Shown: piece after piece, positions 24,501-36,500 of the stretch
Position numbering within the stretch: position 1 is the first letter of the stretch
Layout: each line of letters opens with the position of its first letter
Assembly (NCBI GenBank): GCA_950097015.1
Contig: CATNEN010000033.1
Span: forward strand, 3,720,001-3,784,000
DNA: 64,000 nucleotides
Direction of reading: 5' to 3'
Source of the DNA: Macrostomum hystrix
Taxonomy: Eukaryota; Animalia; Platyhelminthes
Notes under the pieces: generated by a model
Seen by the model: the letters and a program-made list of their open reading frames with translations, nothing else
The model's database searches: none
What the model was told of the DNA's origin: nothing
Program-made: the position numbers and the translations under genes

Positions 24501-27500
24501 GGGACGGATGGGGGTGGATTGGGGTGGATAGAGATGGGTGGGGTGGATGGGGGTGGATTGGGGTGGAAACAGATAGGTGGGGGCGGATTGGGCTCGATAG
24601 AGATGGGTGGGGGCGGATTGTGGTGGATAGAGATGGGTGGGGGCGGATAGAGGTGGATAGATGTGGACAGGTGTGGTTTTGGGGTGGCTGTTAAAGCTTC
24701 TGACTTCCGGCCGAGTGGTCGGGAGTTCGAATCGCAGCTGGTTGAGCCAGGTAATTAATGAGGTAGAAATTCGGGGCAAGCCAGTCCACGGACTGAAGAG
24801 CTGTACACCGCTACAAAGCCGCGGGATATCTATTCGATCTAATGAGCAGTTGCAGTGAGGTGGAAAAATGGCTCATTGGGATGCGGATCGGTGTAGGATT
24901 TCCTCAGGATGCTCGCCTGAGCTCACCTGGTGAGGTGGTTGACCGAGTCGAAAGCGAACTGCTTGTAGTCCTGAAACCTCTTGCTGGCTTCCATCTTCTT
25001 GCGCTCGCGAAGCATCAAGCCGGTGGGATTGGCTGCAGATAATGAAATTGTATTTGAATCTATATGTACTACTGCCTCACGATCAGCAGTAGTATAACAA
25101 GAGGTACTAACCAACGCCGATGTAATTCTCCAGCAGATCCCGTGGATTGCCCTGGCTGCACTTGGCCTGAAGAAAGTGCAGACTGGTGAGCAGAGTCTCC
25201 AGTATGGTGTACTTCAGGCCGCGCTCCTGGTGAGAAATTTCAACAGGATTCGAACCATGCTTACTCGCAAGCAGTTTTCTGGCGTCAATGGTTCTTCTGC
25301 AGCAAGAATTCTAGCAACAGTCTTGTAAGTGCCCAGAGTCAAACATCACTCCCTAGAGCCCCACCTCATTCCCCAAAGCCCCACCTCACTCAAAAAAGCC
25401 CCAACTCACTCCCCAAAGCCCCACCTCACTCCCCAAAGCCCCACCTCACTCCTCAAAGCCCCACCTCACTCCCCAAAGGCCCACCTCATTCCCCAAAGCC
25501 TCACCTCACTCCGCAAAGCCCAAACTCACTCCCCAAAGCCCCACCTCACTCCCCAAAGGTCCACCTAACTCCCCAAAGTCCCACCTCACTCCCAAAAGCC
25601 CCACCTTACTCTCCAAAGCCCCACCTCACTCCACGTAACCTCAAGTCACTCCCAGAGCCCCTCGTCCCTCACTTGCCAGTCAGGCGAGCCCATGACTCAC
25701 CAGATGGTAGGGCAGTTCGGCCAAAGCGCGGCTGTCGGCGCCTTCAAAAGCGCCCTGCCAGTTGCAGCGCAAGAAAAAGGCATGCGCCAGCACCTGATGG
25801 CAGAAGATCTCGGCCGAGGCGGCAGCGGTGCCGACCAGGTAGCGATCCCGCATGGCGCGACAAATGTCCTCGCCCTGCAGCCGGATGAGCGTCTGGGCTG
25901 AGCTGACATCATCCGACCCGCCACCGTTGCTTAGCAACGCGCCCATCCCGGCAACCAGCTGGGCTACGCTGAGCTGCGGGACGAGCACACCGGGCTCTAC
26001 CGTCAGCTCGACGGCATCGGCCAGGTGCTGCTGCTGGCGACACTTCAGCAGGCCGAACACAGATAGGGCCAGGCGGAGCTCGGACTCGGTGAGGCCGTCC
26101 CGGGCCAGCAGCAGCAGGCAGGCGGCTGCAGACACTAGTTCGACTCCGCACTGGGCCTCCAGCCTGGCAAGAACGAAGGACACCAGCTGCGGCAGCGTGT
26201 GCGGCAGCTGCTTGAGCTGCTCGCTGAGGCTTTCGTGCAGGCCCAGGAAGCGAATCTCGTCGCACAGCAGGCGCAGGTAGGCCGGCAGGCCCGACTGCTT
26301 CTTGGCGGTGATGAGGCGCATCTGGGGGGGGCGGGCGGAGTGAGACCGCATAAGGCGTCACTTTTGGATTAACCGTTCCTACAGGAGAAGTACGAGTAAA
26401 TACGCGAATTTCTATCAATGCTGTAAAAATAAAGTATTGTTTCTAAGAAACAAATGGGTTTCTTTGAACTTGATGACACTGGACCTGCAACCAGCAAGGA
26501 GGCAATTCTGCCCCATTTCGCTGACTCCTGAGCACACGCGCACACAGATACCGTACGCAGGCACACGCTCACACAGGTGTGTATTTCTGCCCTGACTTTC
26601 CCATTGTCAGGCATTGTACACTCTGGCTGTACCTGGGAGGTAGGTCAATTGCACGACAAGCCCGCAAGCCTTCTCTCCGTGGCTACGCCCTAAATGAAAG
26701 TTGCCTCACCGCGGAATCGAGCCCAAAACACAAAGCCTCCTCTACCAATGATATGCTGAAGCACTTGGCATTAATTTGCAGTTCTCAGTGAATCAAATTG
26801 TTTCCCGCGGGCATAGATTCGAACTCTCGACTTCCCGTTGAGAATTCCAAAGCTGTAACAACTAGGCAACAAGCTTCTCTACTAGGCTTGAAGCGCTGAG
26901 ACTCAAGCTCACCTGGTTATTAAAAGCGTTCTCATCAAGCGCCTTGCTGAACTTGGCCAGCATTCGCTGCATGATCTCCGAGCGGTCCAGGATGTCCAGC
27001 ACGCCAAGGCTGAACTCGTGCTTGTCCGACCGGCGCAGCAGGGCCTTGTGCACCGCGGAGTTCACGTTCACCGACACAATCACTACAATGTTCTGCGGGC
27101 ACGGGTGCGGTGCTCATCCGTTTGGGGTTACGACTGAAAAAACTGAACCAGTCTGTTGATTGGTCATTACACCATTTCAATTAGTCTGTTAATTGGTCAT
27201 TACACCATTTCAATTAGTCTGTTGATTGGTCATTACACCATTTCAATTAGTCTGTTGATTGGTCATTACACCATTTCAATTAGTCTGTTGATTGGTCATT
27301 ACACCATTTCAATTAGTCTGTTGATTGGTCATTACACCATTTCAAGTCTCTTGATTGTTCATTACCCTAGTCCACAGTCTCTTTATTGGTAATTACCCTA
27401 GTCCACAGTCTCTTTATTGGTCATTACCCCAGTCAAGAGTCTCTTTATTGGTCATTACCCCAGTCAAGAGTCTCTTTATTGGTCATTACCTCAGTCCACA

Positions 27501-30500
27501 GTCTCTTTATTGGTCATTACCCCAGTCCACAGTCTCTTTATTGGTCATTACCCCAGTCCACGGTCTCTTTATTGGTCATTACCCCAGTCCACAGTCTCTT
27601 TATTGGTCATTACCCTAGTCCACAGTCTCTTTATTGGTCATTACCCCAGTCCACGGTCTCTTTATTGGTCATTACCCCAGTCCACAGTCTCTTTATTGGT
27701 CATTACCCTAGTCCACAGTCTCTTTATTGGTCATTACCCTAGACCACAGTCTCTTTATTGGTCATTACCCCAGTCCACAGTCTCTTTATTGGTCATTACC
27801 CTAGACCACAGTCTCTTTATTGGTCATTACCCTAGTCCACAGTCTCTTTATTGGTCATTACCCTAGTCAAGAGTCTCTTTATTGGTCATTACCCTAGTCC
27901 ACAGTCTCTTTATTGGTCATTACCCTAGACCACAGTCTCTTTATTGGTCATTACCCTAGTCCACAGTCTCTTTATTGGTCATTACCCTAGTCAAGAGTCT
28001 CTTTATTGGTCATTACCCCAGTCCACAGTCTCTTTATTGGTCAATACCCCAGTCCACAGTCTCTTTATTGGTCATTACCCTAGTCCACAGTCTCTTTATT
28101 GGTCATTACCCTAGACCACAGTCTCTTTATTGGTCATTACCCTAGACCACAGTCTCTTTATTGGTCATTACCCTAGTCCACAGTCTCTTTATTGGTCATT
28201 ACCCTAGACCACAGTCTCTTTATTGGTCATTACCCTAGTCCACAGTCTCTTTATTGGTCATTACCCTAGTCAAGAGTCTCTTTATTGGTCATTACCCCAG
28301 TCCACAGTCTCTTTATTGGTCATTACCCCAGTCCACAGTCTCTTTATTGGTCATTACCCTAGACCACAGTCTCTTTATTGGTCATTACCCCAGTCAAGAG
28401 TCTCTTTATTGGTCATTACCTCAGTCCACAGTCTCTTTATTGGTCATTACCCCAGTCCACAGTCTCTTTATTGGTCATTACCCCAGTCCACAGTCTCTTT
28501 ATTGGTCATTACCCCAGTCCACAGTCTCTTTATTGGTCATTACCCTAGTCCACAGTCTCTTTATTTGTCATTACCCTAGACCACAGTCTCTTTATTGGTC
28601 ATTACCCCAGTCCACAGTCTCTTTATTGGTCATTACCCCAGTCCACAGTCTCTTTATTGGTCATTACCCCAGTCCACAGTCTCTTTATTGGTCATTACCC
28701 CAGTCCACAGTCTCTTTATTGGTCATTACCCTAGACCACAGTCTCTTTATTGGTCATTACCCTAGACCACAGTCTCTTTATTGGTCATTACCCCAGTCCA
28801 CAGTCTCTTTATTGGTCATTACCCCAGTCCACAGTCTCTTTATTGGTCATTACCCTAGACCACAGTCTCTTTATTGGTCATTACCCCAGTCCACAGTCTC
28901 TTTATTGGTCATTACCTTAGACCACAGTCTCTTTATTGGTCATTACCCCAGTCCACAGTCTCATTATTGGTCATTACCCTAGACCACAGTCTCTTTATTG
29001 GTCATTACCCCAGTCCACAGTCTCTTTATTGGTCATTACCCTAGTCCACAGTCTCTTTATTGGTCATTACCTCAGTCCACAGTCTCTTTATTGGTCATTA
29101 CCCTAGACCACAGTCTTTTTATTGGTCATTACCCCAGTCCACAGTCTCTTTATTGGTCATTACCCTAGTCCACAGTCTCTTTATTGGTCATTACCTCAGT
29201 CCACAGTCTCTTTATTGGTCATTACCCCAGTCCACAGTCTCATTATTGGTCATTACCCCTCTAAATCCAGTATCTATATTTCTCCCCTGTCCGTGACCAG
29301 CCAGAGCTCCCTCGCAGCGATTATCCTTCATCGCCTTACCTCGGGCAGGGGCGCGGGCAGCCAGCTGAAGCTCTTGGCCTCGTTGATGTCCTCCATCAGC
29401 TCGAAGCCGTCGATGAAGATAGTGAATTTTCCGCGCTTGCCAACAGCGGCCAGGAGTTCAGCGAATTTCTCCACCAGAGTCCTTCGGAGTGATTAAATTA
29501 ATCGTAGATTTAAACCTTCTAGCCCCAGCACTTAAAAGAAACCGCCAACCAAGACTACTCAGCGAGTGCTCACCTGAAGCTGCTCTGGGCAGGCAGGTCG
29601 CCCAGATTGAACCGGCGGGCCAGCTCGTGGCAAATCCTCTGCAGCGTGGGGTGAATGAAATTCGAGCCGGGCGAGGCGCCGACAAAATGGGCGACGCTCC
29701 ACACTGGCTGGCTGGCTGTGCGCACCGCGTGCGCCTGCAATGCAGGTTCAGGTTTTTTGATACATATCGGCCAATAAAACCTTCAAAATTGTAGGTCGCA
29801 GCTTCTGACTCCTGATTGAGACCCGTCTGGGGTTCAGTAAATTTACTAAATGGTGAAAAAGACACTAAATTGTCAATTTATTCACTTCAGCGTGATGTAA
29901 AATACATGTAGCTTAATTGCTGTTAAATTTATTTGTTTTGGTCACGCTCTCAGCACTACTTGTGAGTAGCAAAACTAGAATTATAGCTCACCATAAAGGC
30001 CGTCTTGCCGCAGCCCGGCTGGCCGACAACCGGCACCACGCCGGAGCGCACACTGCCCAGCAGTTTCATGAGCGCCTTCGCCTGCGACTCCCGCCCAACA
30101 AAGTCCGCCTGCAGCCGCTGCAGGAAGCCGGCCTGCAGGCCCTCGGCGTGCGCCGCCTCGTCAACGAATGCTGACGACGAGCCGCCTTCGTCGGCATCTT
30201 CATCGCAGTAGCGCGCCTGCAGAGCCAGAAGCAGGCTGGCGTAGAGTCGCCCGGCCAGGTCCTCCAGACCAATCAGCAGCGGCCGGCCGTCCTGAACGAG
30301 GCCCCAGCGGCCAGAGTAGCTGTGAACAACGCAGCCGCTGTGCTGCACTTGCCATCTGGAGATGGGGAGGGGCAGAATTGGCTCAGGATTTAGGGAATTA
30401 GGGAAGAGGGAAAGAGGAATAAGAGAAAAGGAATAAGAAATGACTATAGAATAATAATCAATAACGATAACTGATTACACATGCCCCAATCGGGCCAGAT

Positions 30501-33500
30501 GTGCAGCCGACTGCACAGCCGCAGCTACAGCGTACAGCTGTTCAGTCCATGGACTGGGCGACGCCACTATCACCCTCAATTATCCCAGGCAATGCTGGGG
30601 TTAAAACCCATTTAACAGCTGAGTGAACTGATGAGTGCGTGTTAAATGATATATAGTTGTTCTAGTGGAAAAAAAGAATCGAACCCCTTGACTTTAAAGT
30701 CGTGAGTCCGACGTAGGCAAGGTAAGCTATGACGTAACGTAATTATTCTAGGAAAAGTAGTCTATGCGATAAAAAAAAGAAAGGCAACGGAACATCAGGT
30801 CAATGGTGCAAACCTCAGTTCGCCCAGCAGGCGCCGTTTCTCTGGCTCCGGTTCGTCGAACCAGTCGCGCCAGGCTGCCGGCACCTCGCCTGGCGGCAGT
30901 GGATCGCGCAGGCAGAAGAAGGCGGAGGCGCGCAGGGCCGCTTCGTCCGTGCCGTGCCGCTGGAGGGCGTGGCGCATCTCCAGCTCCGTGATGGACCTGG
31001 TGGCGGATTGGCGGATGGCGGCTGAAGGACAGACAGACAGACAGACACCAAGCACAGAAAGACAGACAGACAGACAGACAGACAGACAGTCAGCTGCACG
31101 CACCTTCCAGGAGGACAATCGCGCACCCAGTCGAAGGCTGGATCATCGGGGGCGGCGTAGCTGGACGGCGTGTATCCGTAACGGTCGCCGAGAAGGCCGA
31201 CGAACAGGTCGCAGCGGCGAACTTCGTCCAAGCAGATGGGCACCAGCGACTCACGCCTGGCCTCCTCCTCGGTAACGCCCCAGCGAAGGTCGACCTGGTG
31301 TTCGATGGGACATTGAAATGGGACATTGTTGCATAGGGTTGGGATCGGGTGGGTGAGTGGCAGAGCTGTCAACGCGTTTGCCTCTCGCACCAAGGTTCCT
31401 AAGCTCGATTCCGCGATGAGGCCACATTCATTTAGGGCGTAGCCACGGAGAGAAGGCTTGGGGGCTTGTCGTGCAATTTACGCCACTGAGGGCCAACCTC
31501 CAAGGCGCAGTGAACGTGCGCACTGCCTGACGACGAGAAAGTCAGGGCAGATGTACACAGCTGGGTGAGCGTGTGCCTGCGTACGGTATCTGTGTGCGTG
31601 TGTGCTCAGGAGTCAGCGGAATGGGCAGAATTGCCTCCTCGCTGGGTGCGGGTCGGCAAATGATGTGCCGTTGCGCGCAGCCCTCCTGCAATTATTATTA
31701 CTAGGGTTAGGATCAGTCAAAATTACTTAGTCAGCATGGGATCTGGGATTTCTACAACTTAACATAAGCTATTCTTGCGATCTGGGATTTAATCAGCCAA
31801 ATCCCATGAATTCCATGAAGGAACCCCATGAAGATGCGGCCTCTCATTCACCTCCAGCAGCTCGACGAACATCTTGCGGCACTGCCGCCTCAGCTGCGGG
31901 AACAGGCACCTGGTCAGCAGGTCCCGCTCGCCGTGCATATCCCTAAACGTTGACGAGATGAACACTCGGGACACTCGCCAGCGAGGGATCTGGCACACCA
32001 GCGGCAGCGGCGCCTCCACCTGGGGCCGGACGCCGGCGCCGCCGCCAGGCAGACTCGCCGGCAGGCCGTAGCGCTTGTCCGTGGCGTCCACGTGGGCCAG
32101 AATGTCGGCGTCTCCGCGCTGGCTGACGAAACGCAGAATCTGATCGCTGAAGCCGGCCACGGACACGTCGTTCATTGTGGCCTCGTCTGCCTGACTGGGC
32201 TTCACGCTGCAATTCAGAGTTCCGCCAGAGCTGAGTATTATGACTATGAGTCAACAACCCATTAGGCCGTATTGAGTGAACAGCCTGACCCATTGAGTCA
32301 ACAGCCTGACTCATTGAGTGAACAGCCTGACCCATTGAGTCAACAGCCTGACCCATTGAGTCAATTGCCAGCAAGCAAGGCAAGCGCAAGCACTCACGCA
32401 GGCACCCTGCCGGACAGGTCCACATTGACAAACAGCAGGTTGGGGTCCACGGCCTGTCTGTAGCGCCTCAGGAAAGCCTTCAGGCCGGCGTCCATGGACC
32501 AGTCGGTGTTGGACAGCAGCAGGAGGGTGTCCAGCTGTTTCCTATTGGCCAGCAGGTCGTACAGATGATCCAGCACCACTGCAGGCACATTGCTGGGAGC
32601 TTTCTCTGAACGGCCGCTCTCCGCAGAGGAACGGGCCTCCTTAACCTGAAGGGCCACATCGTTAAGGTTCTCCAGAATGCCGCCCTTGCCGAGGCCGACC
32701 TCCGTCAGGCTGGAGTTGAAAAACACTCGAAAGTCGCACTGCTCGCAGGCGTGTTTGCACATCAAGCCGAGCAGGATGGCCACCTCCATCACCTGCAAGT
32801 GTATGACGGCATTCAAATGGTGCGAGCAATAGACCAGTACTCGAACTCGCAACCTCTGGCTAGCATCCCACCGAATAAACGCAGGTCAGACTCACAGTTC
32901 TGGGATCTAGGATCTGGGATCTGGGATCTAGGATCTGGGATCTAGGATCTGGGATCTAGGATCTGGGATCTAGGATCTGGGATCTAGGATCTGGGATCTA
33001 GGATCTGGGATCTAGGATCTGGGATCTAGGATCTGGGATCTAGGATCTGGGATCTAGGATCTGGGATCTAGGATCTGGGATCTAGGATCTGGGATCTAGG
33101 ATCTGGGATCTAGGATCTGGGATCTAGGATCTGGGATCTAGGATCTGGGATCTAGGATCTGGGATCTAGGATCTGGGATCTAGGATCTGGGATCTAGGAT
33201 CTGGGATCTAGGATCTGGGATCTAGGATCTGGGATCTAGGATCTGGGATCTAGGATCTGGGATCTAGGATCTGGGATCTAGGATCTGGGATCTAGGATCT
33301 GGGATCTAGGATCTGGGATCTAGGATCTGGGATCTAGGATCTGGGATCTAGGATCTGGGATCTAGGATCTGGGATCTAGGATCTGGGATCTAGGATCTGG
33401 GATCTAGGATCTGGGATCTAGGATCTGGGATCTAGGATCTGGGATCTAGGATCTGGGATCTAGGATCTGGGATCTAGGATCTGGGATCTAGGATCTGGGA

Positions 33501-36500
33501 TCTAGGATCTGGGATCTAGGATCTGGGATCTAGGATCTGGGATCTACGCTCGTAGGATCTGGGATCTAGGATCTGGGATCTAGGATCTGGGATCTAGGAT
33601 CTGGGATCTAGGATCTGGGATCTAGGATCTGGGATCTAGGATCTGGGATCTAGGATCTGGGATCTAGGATCTGGGATCTAGGATCTGGGATCTAGGATCT
33701 GGGATCTAGGATCTGGGATCTAGGATCTGGGATCTAGGATCTGGGATCTAGGATCTGGGATCTAGGATCTGGGATCTAGGATCTGGGATCTAGGATCTGG
33801 GATCTAGGATCTGGGATCTAGGATCTGGGATCTAGGATCTGGGATCTAGGATCTGGGATCTAGGATCTAGGATCTAGGATCTGGGATCTAGGATCTGGGA
33901 TCTAGGATCTGGGATCTAGGATCTGGGATCTAGGATCTGGGATCTAGGATCTGGGATCTAGGATCTGGGATCTAGGATCTGGGATCTAGGATCTAGGATC
34001 TGGGAAAGCACCTTAGACTCACAGTTCTAGGCTTGCCCATGCCCTTGTATGAGGTGCAGGGCGCGTCCATGTCGCTATAGCCAGTGACGAGAAGCAGGGT
34101 GCTGCCCTTGATTGGGGGCACATTGTAGGTCGTGGCTACCTTGACCGCAGTCTCCAGGGCCTTGCGGTAGCGAGCGATCCAGTCGATCATGTCGCTGCTG
34201 AAGCCGGACATTGCCTTTTCGGCCTTCTTATCCGCCCGCTCGGCACCGCGACCGCCGCCTCCGCGACCTCCGCGACCTCCGCGACCGCCACGACCGCCGC
34301 GACCACCGCGGCGACCTCCGCGACCGCCTCGAGCCGCCGGCTTTGAAGTCTCGCTCGCTGAATGCTGTGCGAGCTTCGCGATGGCCTCCTCTGCGAATGC
34401 GACAGAGTTCACGGCATTATGACCAGTTCGTGGATCCCTATGACCAGTTCGTGAATCACTATGACCAGTTCGTGAATCACTATGACCAGTTCGTGAATCA
34501 CTATGACCATTTTTTAAATCACTATGACCAGTTTTTAATCACTATGACCAGTTTTTAATCACTATGACCAGTTTTTAATCACTATGACCAGTTTTTAATC
34601 ACTATGACCAGTTTTTTAATCACTATGACCAGTTCGTGAATCACTATGACCAGTTCGTGAATCACTATGACCAGTTCGTGAATCACTATGACCAGTTCGT
34701 GAATCACTATGATTTGGGTCACTAATCACTAGAAAGCACAGCACTACAAATAGTAAATCAAGTGAACTCCAGCAGAACTCACTTGTCTTCATCAGCTCCC
34801 TCTCCAACTCGTCCAGCGCCTGGTAGGCCGAGAAGAATCTGAACGGAAACTGCTTGCTGTTGATGACTGAGCCCTGGGAAAATGGAGAATTGTATCACTG
34901 CATTGAATCAACCGATTAAACTGTTAGCATCCCTAACCGACTTGATCCCATCCCCAACCGACCCGATCCCATCCCAAACCGACCTGATCCCATTCCTAAC
35001 CGACCCCTGATCCCATTCCTAACCGACCCCTGATCCCATTCCTAACAGACCCCTGATCCCATTCCCAACCAACCCTGATCCCAGACTTCCTAAAAGACCT
35101 GATCCCATTCCTAAAAGACCTGATCCCATTCCTAAAAGACCTGATCCCATTCCTAAAAGACCTGATCCCATTCCTAAAAGACCTGATCCCATTCCTAACC
35201 GACCCCTGATCCCATTCCTAACCAACCCCTGATCCCATTCCTAACCGACCACTGATCCCATTCCTAACCAACCCTTGATCCAATTCCTAACCGACCACTG
35301 ATCCCATTCCTAACCGACCCTTGATCCCATTCCTAACCGACCCCTGATCCCATTCCTAACCGACCACTGATCCCATTCCTAAAAGACCTGATCCCATTCC
35401 TAAAAGACCTGATCCCATTCCTAAAAGACCTGATCACATCCCTAACAGACCCCTGATCTCATTCTTAATCGACCTGATCCCATCACTAACCATTTAACAT
35501 GATCCCATCCCTAACCATTCAACCTGATCCCATCCCTAACCATTCAACCTGATCCCATCCCTAACCATTCAACCTGATCCCATCACTAACCATTCAACCT
35601 GATCCCATCCCTAACAATTCAACCTGATCCCATCACTAACCATTTAACCTGATCCCATCACTAACCATTCAACCTGATCCCATCCCTAACCATTCAACCT
35701 GATCCCATCACTAACCATTCAACCTGATCCCATCCCTAACAATTCAACCTGATCCCATCACTAACCATTCAACCTGATCCCATCCCTAACCATTCAACCT
35801 GATCCCATCACTAACCATTCAACATGATCCCATCCCTAACCATTCAACCTGATCCCATCCCTAACCATTGAACCTGATCCCATCACTAAACATTCAACCT
35901 GATCCCATCACTAACCATTCAACCTGATCCCATCCCTAACCATTCAACCTGATCCCATCACTAAACATTCAACCTGATCCCATCACTAACCATTCAACCT
36001 GATCCCATCCCTAACCATTCAACCTGATCCCATCCCTAACCATTCAACCTGATCCCATCCCTAACCATTCAACCTGATCCCTTCCCTAACCATTCAACCT
36101 GATCCCATCCCTAACCATTCAACCTGATCCCATCACTAACCATTCAACCTGATCCCATCCCTAACCGTTACACTTGATCACCTCATCCTGCAGCTTCCTG
36201 AGCACCATGTTGTGGTGCTTGGCGGAGATGCCAGCCTTGATGAGGTTCCTTAGATTCCTGAGCATGGCCATGTAAGGCAGCTTCCTATGGTCCAGCAGGC
36301 TCTCCCACACCTCGGCCTTGTTGCCGCGGGCGGACACCTGGGTCTCCCAGGTCTCCGGCACCGGCAGGCGCATTCGCTTGCCGGCACGGGTGGCGTCGAA
36401 CTCGCCGGGCAGGCCGGTCTTGTAGAACTCGGCCAGGGTCTCCGGGTAGCGCTTGCCGATGAGGGCCATGACGTGCTCCACTGGCCGGTTGATGTGCAGC

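Noticed and set aside
27155-29258. Regular 31-33-bp repeats resembling a CRISPR array
   Set aside because: Units are head-to-tail with no unique spacers, there are no cas genes, and it lies in a eukaryotic intron.
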